Below, in pieces: positions 18,925 to 28,122 of a DNA stretch of 64,000 nt; position 1 is the stretch's first letter, and the number at the start of each line of letters is the position of its first letter. The stretch is from the NCBI GenBank assembly GCA_041664585.1, contig JBAYKL010000003.1, positions 49,074-113,073 of the forward strand, in the 5' to 3' direction. The translations under genes were made by a program, and so were the position numbers. The stretch is from Minisyncoccota bacterium. Its GTDB lineage: Bacteria > Patescibacteriota > Minisyncoccia > Phycocordibacterales > GWA1-40-21. Under the pieces are notes generated by a model. The model was not told where the DNA came from. It ran no database searches and was given only the letters and a program-made list of their open reading frames with translations.

Positions 18925-19830
18925 ATGCTTTATTTTATGATAAAGCTGAATCATCTAGAGGTGCTTGAATCCGAAAGCATACATATTATAAGGGAAGCTG
19001 TGGCCACTTTCAAAAATCCAGTGATGATGTATTCAATTGGTAAAGATTCCTCAGTGCTATTACATCTAATGAGAAAGGCGTTTGCTCCTACTAAGATACC
19101 TATACCATTACTTCATGTTGATACCGGATATAAATTTAAAGAAATGATTGATTTTAGGAATAATATTGCAAAAGAGCTTTCTCTTAATCTTATTGTTCGT
19201 AAAAATGAATCAGAGCAGGCAAAATCTTTTAAACCAGAAGAGGCCAATACAGACGAATATATATATCACAAAAAAACAAAGGCTCTTTTAGATGCAATTA
19301 AAGAATTTAATTTTGATGCTGCTTTTGGTGGTGGTAGACGCGACGAAGAAAAATCAAGAGCTAAAGAAAGGATTTTTTCTTTTAGGGATGTAAACAATGT
19401 CTGGAATCCTAAAAAACAGAGACCTGAGCTTTGGAATTTGTATAATACAAAAATAAAACAAGGGGAAACCATGAGGATTTTTCCACTATCAAATTGGACA
19501 GAGCTAGATATTTGGACTTATATAAAACAAGAAAATATTTCTATTGTGCCTTTGTATTTTGCACAAAAAAGAAAAATGCTAAAAAGAAATGGGGTGTTTA
19601 TAAGAGTAGACGAATTTAATATACCAAAAGAAGGGGAAGAGATATTTGAAGATTGGAGTAGATTCAGAACTCTGGGCTGTTCTCCTTCAACAGGTGCTAT
19701 TATTTCTAAAGCTGGTAATCTAGATGAAATTATTGAAGAAATACGTTTGACTCGTTTTTCTGAAAGACAGACAAGAGCAATAGACAACGGTTCAAGTATG
19801 GAAAGTAAAAAGAAACAGGGGTATTTTTAA
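18925..19830 (+). CDS. cysD: sulfate adenylyltransferase subunit 2 (CysD/NodP family)
   Basis: Near-collinear with E. coli CysD: [70 protein letters not shown]. Confidence 0.9.
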   Translation: MLYFMIKLNHLEVLESESIHIIREAVATFKNPVMMYSIGKDSSVLLHLMRKAFAPTKIPIPLLHVDTGYKFKEMIDFRNNIAKELSLNLIVRKNESEQAKSFKPEEANTDEYIYHKKTKALLDAIKEFNFDAAFGGGRRDEEKSRAKERIFSFRDVNNVWNPKKQRPELWNLYNTKIKQGETMRIFPLSNWTELDIWTYIKQENISIVPLYFAQKRKMLKRNGVFIRVDEFNIPKEGEEIFEDWSRFRTLGCSPSTGAIISKAGNLDEIIEEIRLTRFSERQTRAIDNGSSMESKKKQGYF

Positions 19831-19841
19831 AAAAATATATT

Positions 19842-21095
19842 ATGGAAAATAAAGAATTTGTTATTGTTGCAACTTCGGGGAGTGTGGATGATGGAAAATC
19901 TACTCTACTAGGGCGTCTTTTGTATGATTGTGATTCTATTTATCAAGATGTTTTGAAAACTCTCAAGAAAGATTATGAATCAGAAGACGTGGTGGTAGAT
20001 AATCTCGCTTATGTTACAGACGGTCTGGAAGCTGAAAGGGAACAGGGTATTACTATTGATGTGGCTTACAAACATTTTTCTCGTACTCACAGAAAATTTT
20101 TGTTGGTAGATGTTCCTGGGCACGAGCAATATACAAGAAATATGATCACCGGAGTGTCTCGTGCAGATGCTGTGGTTATTATGATAGATATGAATTTGGG
20201 TGTTTCAATACAATCCAAGAGACATTTTTTCATTGCCTCAATGTTGGGGGTAAAAAATATTATTTTTGCATTGAACAAAATGGACCTTATGGGTTTTAAG
20301 CAAGAAATTTTTGAAAAAGTAAAAAGCGAATTGGAAGATTATTCTACAAAGCTTAATGTATCTAATTGTATTTTTATCCCTATGTCTGCTAAGTATGGAG
20401 ATATGGTAGTAGCCCGTGGAGAAAGAATGAATTGGTATGAGGGGCCAACACTACTCAGTGTTTTAGAAACATTTTCTTTTTCTGAAGATTTGGGCAGTGA
20501 AGATTTTAGGTTGCCAGTTCAGTGTGTATTAAATGATTCTAATTTTAGGGGTTATGCAGGTAAGGTTGAGGCTGGAGTATTAAATGTTGGCGATAAAGTC
20601 ACAATTGTGCCTTCTGGAAAAAAGACTAGTATAAAAGAGATATATATAGGTTTTGATAAAGTGGAGACGGCTTCAAAGGGCCAATCTATAGCAGTGTCTG
20701 TAAATGATAAACTAGATATTAGTCGCGGGGATATAATAATTGGGGCAGATAATTCTATAGTTCAGTCGAATAATTTGGATGTAATTTTGTTCTGGTTTGA
20801 TGAGAAGTCCTTAAAAGAGGGAAGAGATATTATTTTGAAAAATAACACTAAAGATGTTCGTGGTACCGTTCAGAATATTGAGTACTCTATTGATATGAAT
20901 ACCACACAAAAAATTGAAAAAGTAGGTATTTTGAATCAAAATGATGTGGGTAAGGCTAGTATAAAATTAAACTCTGACATATTTTTTGATACTTACGCAA
21001 AGAATAAAAATATGGGAAGTTTTATTCTGATAGACGATATTACTTATGATACTATTGGAGCGGGTATTATTTTAGGTAAAAAAGATGAAAAATAA
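19842..21095 (+). CDS. cysN: sulfate adenylyltransferase subunit 1, GTPase (CysN/NodQ N-terminal part)
   Basis: SGSVDDGKSTLLGRLL, DVPGHEQY, NKMD GTPase motifs; beta-barrel domains follow. Confidence 0.85.
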   Translation: MENKEFVIVATSGSVDDGKSTLLGRLLYDCDSIYQDVLKTLKKDYESEDVVVDNLAYVTDGLEAEREQGITIDVAYKHFSRTHRKFLLVDVPGHEQYTRNMITGVSRADAVVIMIDMNLGVSIQSKRHFFIASMLGVKNIIFALNKMDLMGFKQEIFEKVKSELEDYSTKLNVSNCIFIPMSAKYGDMVVARGERMNWYEGPTLLSVLETFSFSEDLGSEDFRLPVQCVLNDSNFRGYAGKVEAGVLNVGDKVTIVPSGKKTSIKEIYIGFDKVETASKGQSIAVSVNDKLDISRGDIIIGADNSIVQSNNLDVILFWFDEKSLKEGRDIILKNNTKDVRGTVQNIEYSIDMNTTQKIEKVGILNQNDVGKASIKLNSDIFFDTYAKNKNMGSFILIDDITYDTIGAGIILGKKDEK

Positions 21096-21648
21096 AATTA
21101 AAAAAAACAGCAAAAAAATTAAGAAAAAGAGTGGAGCAGTTCTTTGGCTCACTGGTCTTTCTGGTTCTGGCAAAAGCACGATAGGGGATTCTCTTCATGA
21201 AATTTTGAATAAAAAAGGTATTTCAGCACAAAGGCTCGATGGAGATATTTTAAGAGAGCATTTTGAAAATAAACTAGGTTTTAATAAAGAAGGCAGAGAT
21301 TTGAATATTAAAATATCTGCCTTTACTAGCTCTCTTTTAGAAAAACATGGGGTCATCGTCATTTCTTCTTTTATAAGTCCATATAAACACCAGAGAGATT
21401 TCGCGCGTAATCTTTCTAAAAAATTTATAGAGATACATGTAAATGCTTCTGTTGAGACATGTATCAAAAGGGATACAAAAGGACTCTATAAAAAAGCTCT
21501 CGCAGGAGAGATTAAAAATTTTACTGGTATTTCAGATCCGTATGAAGTTCCAGAAAATCCGCATCTTGTGATTGATACCGATATTTTGAATATCAAAGAT
21601 TCTGTAAAAAAAGTTTTAGATTATTTAACAAAAGAGGGGATAATCTAA
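21085..21648 (+). CDS. cysC: adenylyl-sulfate (APS) kinase
   Basis: VLWLTGLSGSGKSTIG P-loop and the LDGD motif of APS kinase; overlaps the cysN stop by 11 nt. Confidence 0.85.
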   Translation: MKNKIKKNSKKIKKKSGAVLWLTGLSGSGKSTIGDSLHEILNKKGISAQRLDGDILREHFENKLGFNKEGRDLNIKISAFTSSLLEKHGVIVISSFISPYKHQRDFARNLSKKFIEIHVNASVETCIKRDTKGLYKKALAGEIKNFTGISDPYEVPENPHLVIDTDILNIKDSVKKVLDYLTKEGII

Positions 21649-21758
21649 GAAGGGGTCGAGGTGAGACCTTGCCTGCCCGTCTTGCCTGCTTTAGGCTGGC
21701 TCAGGAGGGAATCTTCAAAAAGGTCTCTCCTCGACTACGAAAATTCTAAAAACACAGA

Positions 21759-21796
21759 GGGGTTTCGCTCCGCGAAACCCCGTCTTTGCTTTATCA
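21759..21796 (+). terminator. rho-independent terminator (second copy; stem differs from copy 1 by compensatory changes)
   Basis: ggggtttcgc-tcc-gcgaaacccc then gtctttgcttt. Confidence 0.6.
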
Positions 21797-22297
21797 AAAT
21801 GAACCATGGTTCATTTCGGTATCTGTCTTTGCGAGCAAAGCGAAGCAAACCATCTCTGGATTGCCACGTCGGCAGACCTCCTAGCAAAGACAGAAAACCT
21901 GTTTCTTGTTTTCTCTTAAGATCATATACTAAATACTTATATTGTATACTCACTAACACTTATCCACACCCCAAAATCCATTGCATCTCACTTTCAAAAA
22001 CTATATAATATACACATGTCACAGAAAATCTCTAAGTATTTTTCTAAAATAAAGAAAATATCCATATACACCATATCTACTTTCATTGTAGCTAAGCTTG
22101 TAGTATTTGCAGGTACTCTTATGCCAGACAGTACCCCAACCACATCAACAATGGTTACATTAGGTGACTTATATGAGAAAATTACAAATAATTCATACAC
22201 AACTTCTTCTCACCCAGTATCTACTACTACCTCACCAGCTTCTACATTTTCTACTCTGGAAAGCATATATGATGCTATACCGGATATAGCTAGGCAG
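21759..22297 (+). repeat. copy 2 of the approximately 540-bp segmental duplication
   Basis: More than 90% identical to 16751-17290; palindrome aaatgaaccatggttcattt at 21796-21815. Confidence 0.85.
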
Positions 22298-22732
22298 GCG
22301 AACTTGATAGATTCAACACATTCTCTTATGGGTGTACAAGGTGCTCTATACATTCCTACAATAAATCAAGTGGCTTCAGGTACACACTTTGGTCCCAATG
22401 GAAGTTTGGTAGGGACACTTTCTGCTGCTGCGGTGGCCTCGGATGAAATTAGTGCTTGGTCAGTAGCTAAATCTTCAGGTACATGGAGTGAAGCCATTCT
22501 GTTTTGTAATAATCTATCAGAAGGTGGACATGCTTGGAGGTTGCCGAAGAGGGCAGAGCTAGAGGGGCTAGTTAATAGTCCATTTTCATCATATACAATT
22601 TATTGGTCAGGTACAGAGGGTTTTATCAATCCCACTCATGCTTATGGCATCTATAGCTACGACTCAGGTTTTTCCGTCAATGCATATAATTATATGAAGA
22701 CGGACGTTCTTGGTGTTGGTTGCGTCCACTAA
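22016..22732 (+). CDS. DUF1566-like protein, paralog A2
   Basis: First 90 aa nearly identical to A1. C-terminal motif block includes a 48-nt stretch identical to B1 (ttttgtaataatctatcagaaggtggacatgcttggaggttgccgaag). Confidence 0.6.
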   Translation: MSQKISKYFSKIKKISIYTISTFIVAKLVVFAGTLMPDSTPTTSTMVTLGDLYEKITNNSYTTSSHPVSTTTSPASTFSTLESIYDAIPDIARQANLIDSTHSLMGVQGALYIPTINQVASGTHFGPNGSLVGTLSAAAVASDEISAWSVAKSSGTWSEAILFCNNLSEGGHAWRLPKRAELEGLVNSPFSSYTIYWSGTEGFINPTHAYGIYSYDSGFSVNAYNYMKTDVLGVGCVH

Positions 22733-22743
22733 TCTACACATCT

Positions 22744-23499
22744 ATGAAAAACAAATTAAAATCATACATACCTAAAATCCGCACAATATCTTTATATACG
22801 ATATCTACTTTTATCGCAGCTAGACTTATAGCTTCAGCTGGTAACCTAGCACCTACAGAAGCTCCAACTCCTACCATGGTAACATTGGACCATCTGTTTA
22901 ATAAAATTCAGAATAATACTTATTCTACAAGTACAGATGAAAAGTTGTCTATTTCAACACTACTATCTCCAGCAAACTCTATGCGCACCTTGCTGGAAGT
23001 ATATACTGCTATACCTAGTATTTCTCCAGATATTATTGCCACTGGTACCACTATTATGGGTATACCTGGGAATGTGGTGATGCCAGATGCAGCGAATGTT
23101 GCTAATGGGGTTGGATTTGGTCCTAGTAATTTTTATGACGATGGCTATGGTGGATTTTATTTTAGTGGTTATCCTTTTGTTGGTGAATTTAAAACATCTC
23201 ATCAGATATGGTCAAACGCTACAGGTAGCGGAAATTGGAATGATGCTATTTTGTTCTGTAATAATTTATCAGAAGGCGGGCATGCTTGGAGGTTGCCTAA
23301 GGATGGTGACTGGGGAGCCATGCACGAACCTTCTTTTCCAGGTAGATATTTTTGGTCTGGTACTGAAGTGAGTGCTGAATACGCTAGAGCATTCGGGATA
23401 TTTGATAGTGGCCAGGGATACTATTATGCTGCTCCATACTCAGATCAGTCGGATAAAGCTGCTGGCTACGGCGTTCGTTGTATAACTAAAACATTGTAA
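22744..23499 (+). CDS. DUF1566-like protein, paralog B2 (Tyr/Asp/Gly-rich C-terminus)
   Basis: ATG at 22744 gives MKNKLKSYIPKIRT..., matching the B1 start; the ORF-track start at 22720 is rejected. Motif ILFCNNLSEGGHAWRLPK. Confidence 0.6.
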   Translation: MKNKLKSYIPKIRTISLYTISTFIAARLIASAGNLAPTEAPTPTMVTLDHLFNKIQNNTYSTSTDEKLSISTLLSPANSMRTLLEVYTAIPSISPDIIATGTTIMGIPGNVVMPDAANVANGVGFGPSNFYDDGYGGFYFSGYPFVGEFKTSHQIWSNATGSGNWNDAILFCNNLSEGGHAWRLPKDGDWGAMHEPSFPGRYFWSGTEVSAEYARAFGIFDSGQGYYYAAPYSDQSDKAAGYGVRCITKTL

Positions 23500-23525
23500 T
23501 TTATTTTAAAATTTCGGATTTGCAA

Positions 23526-23552
23526 AAAAATCGCACGAGAGTGCGATTTTTA
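23526..23552 (+). terminator. rho-independent terminator
   Basis: aaaatcgcac-gaga-gtgcgatttt hairpin. Confidence 0.6.
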
Positions 23553-23579
23553 ATTAAGAATATTAACCCTGAAAGATTT

Positions 23580-24428
23580 TTATTCTAAAGTTGTATTTAA
23601 TTTTAATTCTCTTTTTGTCCAAAAGTTTAAATGCTCATATTTTTTTGCAGCAGCCTCTCCTATAAGTATGGGCCATTTTGGTAGTACCGGTGTAATTACA
23701 GCCCTTATCGTATGTAAGTCATCAAATCCGTGGTATTCATCTTTCTCAAATACGACTTGTTTTACATTATTGAAGTCATGTTTATATCTAGGAATCTCTA
23801 GAAAATCATATATTTTATTCATAACTTTTTCAGGACTATGAGTAAAAGATTCAAAGTCTACAAAAAGCATTTGCTTGGCATAGCCTTTGTGTACAGCATC
23901 ACGCATTTGATTGTATGCGCTACCCACAACTTCTTTTGAGTCCATAAATACTTCAAGTCTGCCTTCAATAGTATTAAATTTATCTGGGTTTCCCATTTCT
24001 TGTGGTATTGCTCTGTGTCCTGTATTTTTTCTCCACAAAGATTCAAAGCTGGCCAAGACTTCTCTGATATCTCTCACCGTTACAAGTAATTTAACAGGAT
24101 GACCAAGGATTTCTTCTGCCATTTCTATATTTCCACACCAACCACGAGATTTATCTACACAATATTTTTTGTCTGTATTTGAAAAGTAGCCCTCAAACAT
24201 CCCGCGCATTATTCTAATAGAAGACACTTTGTCATCTATGTGGTCGGAAGCTTTTATGGAAGGCATCTGACTCCACATGTTTTTTGTATTTCTCATAAGA
24301 CCTATAATGCTACTTGTAGGGGTGACATAGAAATCTGGGTTTTGAGATAGGACATTACAAAGTAGGGTGGAGCCAGAGCGGGGAAGTCCTGATAGGAAGA
24401 AGTATTCTCTTGTTTTTTTATCGTTCAT
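23580..24428 (-). CDS. PAPS-dependent sulfotransferase (Sulfotransfer_3 / Stf0-NodH-RaxST-like)
   Basis: 5'-PSB motif LPRSGSTLL near the N-terminus and a 3'-PB-like motif VTVRDIREVLAS; 282 aa. Confidence 0.65.
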   Translation of the reverse strand: MNDKKTREYFFLSGLPRSGSTLLCNVLSQNPDFYVTPTSSIIGLMRNTKNMWSQMPSIKASDHIDDKVSSIRIMRGMFEGYFSNTDKKYCVDKSRGWCGNIEMAEEILGHPVKLLVTVRDIREVLASFESLWRKNTGHRAIPQEMGNPDKFNTIEGRLEVFMDSKEVVGSAYNQMRDAVHKGYAKQMLFVDFESFTHSPEKVMNKIYDFLEIPRYKHDFNNVKQVVFEKDEYHGFDDLHTIRAVITPVLPKWPILIGEAAAKKYEHLNFWTKRELKLNTTLE

Positions 24429-24518
24429 TTTTAAGATAAATTATGTTTATAACAAATTAATCATAGCATTATGTAGGGGGAATATAAAGAGATAATTTAT
24501 CTTTTAATCAATAAATAC

Positions 24519-24558
24519 AAAAGGCCGGTTCGCGAAGCGAACCGGCCTTTTGTGTTTT
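24519..24558. terminator. bidirectional rho-independent terminator (end of the infC-rpmI-rplT operon)
   Basis: aaaaggccggttcgc-gaa-gcgaaccggcctttt with T/A tracts on both sides. Confidence 0.7.
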
Positions 24559-24592
24559 ATTTTGTGGACTTTAAAAACTTTTTACTTTCTAC

Positions 24593-24937
24593 CTACTTTG
24601 CTTTAGCTAAGATTTTAAGGAAAACTTCAGGATTTTCGTTTGCAAGAGTTGCAAGGATTTTTCTGTCGATTTCTATTTTTTGTTTTGTAAGTGCTCCTAT
24701 GAATTTGCTGTATGTTGAGCCATTTTCTCTAAGGATTGCATTTATTTGTACATTCCAGAGTCTTCTAGCTACACCCTTCTTATCTCTTCTGTGAGCGAAA
24801 GCATTTGCACCAGCGTGCATGATAGCTTCTGTAGCTGCAGCTTCTTTGCTCCTTCTATTTAGTCTGAAGCCTTTTGTTTGCTTAAGAACATTCTTTCTTG
24901 TCTTGTTCTTTGTTACACCTCTTTTAACTCTTGTCAT
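24593..24937 (-). CDS. rplT: 50S ribosomal protein L20
   Basis: MTRVKRGV...KGFRLNRR and AFAHRRDKK L20 signature. Confidence 0.9.
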   Translation of the reverse strand: MTRVKRGVTKNKTRKNVLKQTKGFRLNRRSKEAAATEAIMHAGANAFAHRRDKKGVARRLWNVQINAILRENGSTYSKFIGALTKQKIEIDRKILATLANENPEVFLKILAKAK

Positions 24938-24954
24938 TGTATTATTAAATTAGT

Positions 24955-25143
24955 TTAGAATTTTCCTGCCAAAAATCTTGCTTTCGCTTTGCTAGTAAAT
25001 TTGATTGTAACGGCCCTCTTTTTGTTTAATTGTGAACCTCTACTTTCCTTTGCGTTGAAATGGTTTTGTCCAGCTTTTCTGCCGACGATCTTACCATTTT
25101 TTGTTACTTTCAATCTTTTTGAAAATGATTTGTTTGTTTTCAT
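24955..25143 (-). CDS. rpmI: 50S ribosomal protein L35
   Basis: 62 aa, MKTNKSFSKRLKVTKNGK basic protein between infC and rplT. Confidence 0.85.
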   Translation of the reverse strand: MKTNKSFSKRLKVTKNGKIVGRKAGQNHFNAKESRGSQLNKKRAVTIKFTSKAKARFLAGKF

Positions 25144-25156
25144 ATTAATAATTAAA

Positions 25157-25678
25157 TTATGATTTTTTATTTGCTTTTTCTATCACTATTGTCAAACCTT
25201 TCGGACCTTTTGTTGAAGGTTCTGCCACCTTATATTCTTCAGTGATGAGTTTTAACATTCTTTCCATTCTTTCATTTAAGAAAGCCTGATTTAAATATTT
25301 TGCTCTACCAGCGAGGAAAAGATTAAGCTTAACTCTATGGCCTTCCTTAAGCCATTCAGAAGCTTTACCGGCTTTTAGTAGGAGATCGTGTTCATCCGTA
25401 CCTATTTTCACCTGGACACTCTTAATCTCAATGTTTTGAATCTTGGATTTAGTTTCCTTTAGCTTCTTCTTCTCAGTGTATTGAAATTTACCATAATCCA
25501 TTATTTTTGCAACTGGTGGAACTGCATTTGGAGATATCTCTATCAAGTCCAAATTCATTTCTTGAGCTTTTTTCAAAGCTTCGCCAATAGACAGAACGCC
25601 GAGGTTTTGACCGTCATCGGTTATTACTCTGAGTTCCGTTGCCCTTATTTGCTGATTTATTCTAACTCTTATATTCAA
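25157..25678 (-). CDS. infC: translation initiation factor IF-3
   Basis: [13 protein letters not shown]..G...LG and [26 protein letters not shown] signatures. The true start may be a non-ATG codon, as is common for infC. Confidence 0.85.
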   Translation of the reverse strand: [173 protein letters not shown]

Positions 25679-25708
25679 AGTATTGGAAATAATGTATTAC
25701 GCCTATAT

Positions 25709-26335
25709 TTATAGCATATTTTTCTTTTTAAGGCAACATACAAAACTAGCTAATATATAACAGATTGAGCCAAGTAGAATACCAGCCAAAACATCAGAAA
25801 ACCAGTGAACTGAGAGATATACTCTGCTTATAATTACCAGGGGAAATATTATCGAAGTACAGAGGATAAAGATTTTTCTTGAAAAACTGTTTTTTATTAA
25901 GGGAGCGATTATAACAATTGAAGAAATGAGAAAAACAGTAGCTATTGTGGCATGTCCGCTAGGGAAGCTGTAATCTGTCTCTAGGAGCAGATTACTTAGA
26001 GGTCTTATTCTTTCAATTAGGGGTTTTATTATAAAAGGCAGTAATGTTCCCAGCGCTGTAAAAGTTGTAAATAAATAAAATAATTGTTTTTTCTTTTTTA
26101 AGATTAGGAAGATTGAAAAAATTATAAAAATTATGATTGATTCTGGGATATTACAGACTTTTGTAATAGAAAGCATCAGAGAATTCAAGGTGGGGGACTG
26201 TATATTATTAAAATAGATATTTATGAAGTAATCAAAGCTAAGCAATGTTTGGTTGTTGCATTTGACTAGTAGACTAATAGATATTAGACAGATTACAAAG
26301 ATTGCTAGCAAAAGTATTTTTCTTTTTTGTGACAT
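25709..26335 (-). CDS. PAP2-family membrane phosphatase (phosphatidic-acid/undecaprenyl-PP phosphatase-like)
   Basis: KxxxxxxRP (IERIRPLSN), PSGH (FPSGHATIA) and SRxxxxxHxxxD (SRVYLSVHWFSD) motifs; multiple TM segments. Confidence 0.7.
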   Translation of the reverse strand: MSQKRKILLLAIFVICLISISLLVKCNNQTLLSFDYFINIYFNNIQSPTLNSLMLSITKVCNIPESIIIFIIFSIFLILKKKKQLFYLFTTFTALGTLLPFIIKPLIERIRPLSNLLLETDYSFPSGHATIATVFLISSIVIIAPLIKNSFSRKIFILCTSIIFPLVIISRVYLSVHWFSDVLAGILLGSICYILASFVCCLKKKNML

Positions 26336-26409
26336 GTGAGTATTTTAACATTTTTTATAAAAGAAAAACCAGAGCGTTCATGAATCGCTCTGGTTATGGT
26401 TGAGGCTGG

Positions 26410-26688
26410 TTAAGCCGCGATGTCTCCAAACTGTTTAGTCAGTACTTCGTTTAATTTATTAAAAATCGCTTCCGATGTTGCGGACATATCTTTAATAGCT
26501 ACTAGTTCACCAGTTTCTGTTTTAGCAGATATCACCCATCCATGCAGTTGGTTAGATATTGCTCTTTTTGCTTCAAGCGGTTCTTGCTTGATTAGTTTCA
26601 GGAGATCACGTTTCCTTTTACCATCTGTATCTCCGGAAACGTGGCCAGCTACCCAGTCAGTGAACTCTTCTAAAGGCATCTCTTTCAT
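26410..26688 (-). CDS. hypothetical small protein (92 aa)
   Basis: ORF on the minus strand with flanking hairpins; GC-richer than the genome background; no motif recognised. Confidence 0.4.
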   Translation of the reverse strand: MKEMPLEEFTDWVAGHVSGDTDGKRKRDLLKLIKQEPLEAKRAISNQLHGWVISAKTETGELVAIKDMSATSEAIFNKLNEVLTKQFGDIAA

Positions 26689-26849
26689 ATCAATTTTCCT
26701 TTTGTTTAGGTTTGAAATAGTTTCCTTTGGTCCTTATTAAGAATCTCAAAAATATACAAACGGGTCAACATTACATTTTGTAAATTTAATGGTTTGATAT
26801 GAAAAAACCGGCCCGCTTGTAAAGTGGTCCGGTTTGAAGGGGGAGGTGA

Positions 26850-27158
26850 TTAGCCTCTGCTGAGTCTGCTGATTTCGGCGGCGAAGATAACCAAAAGTTT
26901 GTCGACTGCCTGTTGAGCCACTTGTTGGTCGTCATTCTCATCCATTTTTTCGATGGTGAGGCCGGTATCATCTTCGGCTCTGATTTTCCAGTTGTAGATT
27001 TCGCTACAAATCGAAACGACGTGATTGTCCGTGTCGTCTCTAAGGGACCTTAGAAAAGTTCCCCTTGAGCACGGGCCTGATTCATCGATTTCTTTTTTTC
27101 TTGCATCTGCAATCCATGCAACAAGCTCTTGCTTGGTCATGGTTTTTTTACTTCCCAT
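26850..27158 (-). CDS. hypothetical small protein (102 aa), weak HU/IHF-like N-terminus
   Basis: MTKQELVAWIAD resembles the HU N-terminal helix MNKxELIxxIA; the rest is divergent. Terminator hairpin at 26800-26830. Confidence 0.35.
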   Translation of the reverse strand: MGSKKTMTKQELVAWIADARKKEIDESGPCSRGTFLRSLRDDTDNHVVSICSEIYNWKIRAEDDTGLTIEKMDENDDQQVAQQAVDKLLVIFAAEISRLSRG

Positions 27159-27304
27159 AATTTCTCCTTATTTAGAACAAAAACACGGAATGTGTTTTTC
27201 TAATGTAATAATACCACTGCTTTAAAATAAAGTCAAATTATAAACAAGAGATGCCATTGGGGGGTAGATAATATTGATTTATATGTGATATAATGTGCCT
27301 CGAT

Positions 27305-28048
27305 ATGGAAACCTACGATAAATTGGCGAAATATTATTTTGAGAGAAGAAAAAATAAGAATAGATTTGATTATAATCGTGATATTGATGTTCCAGCTCTT
27401 ATAAAAATGATTGGAAACGCTGAGAAAAAGACAATCTTAGATATCGGCTGTGGTTTTGGAGATCTTGCTGAGAAATTATCAAAACAAAATTATAAAAAAT
27501 TGATTGGTTTTGACGTTAGCAGTGAGTTAATTAAATTAGCGAATGAACAGCATATCCCCAAAACACTTTTTGAAGTGGGTGATATGGGCAAAAAATTAAA
27601 ATATCAGAGCTCCTATTTTGATATTGTTTGTTCTGGTCTTGCAATACATTATAACAAAAACATTAATTTTTTATTTAAGGAAGTTAATCGTGTTTTGAAA
27701 AAGGGAGGTTATTTTTGTTTTTCTACAGGACATCCTATTTTTAATTTAATTAATCAAACCAAGGGAGGTTTAATAGGTATAAAAATTTTATCAAACGATA
27801 AGGAAGAAATTTTTGGTGATTATTTTGATGAATCATCTAGGCTTAATGATTTAGGTCATTTAGGAATGATCAATCTTTATGGTTTTACCTTTGAAACTTT
27901 TATTAAAGCCGGTTTAAATAGTGGATTTGAATTAGTTGACTATAAAGATGCAAAGCCTGTTAAGTCTTCCCAAAAATATAATCCTAAGGTGTATAACAGA
28001 ACAACAAAATTACCAACTTTTATGGTTTTTAAATTTAAGAAAAAATAA
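27305..28048 (+). CDS. class I SAM-dependent methyltransferase
   Basis: ILDIGCGFGDLAEKL motif I and FDIVCSGLAIHY motif II. ATG at 27305 lies downstream of a TATAAT box; the upstream ATG at 27293 overlaps the -10 element and is rejected. Confidence 0.65.
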   Translation: METYDKLAKYYFERRKNKNRFDYNRDIDVPALIKMIGNAEKKTILDIGCGFGDLAEKLSKQNYKKLIGFDVSSELIKLANEQHIPKTLFEVGDMGKKLKYQSSYFDIVCSGLAIHYNKNINFLFKEVNRVLKKGGYFCFSTGHPIFNLINQTKGGLIGIKILSNDKEEIFGDYFDESSRLNDLGHLGMINLYGFTFETFIKAGLNSGFELVDYKDAKPVKSSQKYNPKVYNRTTKLPTFMVFKFKKK

Positions 28049-28122
28049 GCAATAATACTAACTCTATAGATCTAATGAATAGAGGAGGTTAGAATCTATT
28101 TTTCCTATATTTTAAACCTAAC

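Noticed and set aside
21661-22008. 115-aa ORF (MRPCLPVLPALGWLRR...) from the six-frame track
   Set aside because: It lies entirely within the hairpin, terminator and duplicated non-coding leader. Its equivalent in copy 1 is interrupted, and it has no ribosome-binding site or conservation logic, so it is a spurious ORF across a structured RNA/DNA region.
23858-24102. Small ORFs on both strands inside the sulfotransferase gene
   Set aside because: They are embedded in a longer ORF carrying sulfotransferase PAPS-binding motifs.
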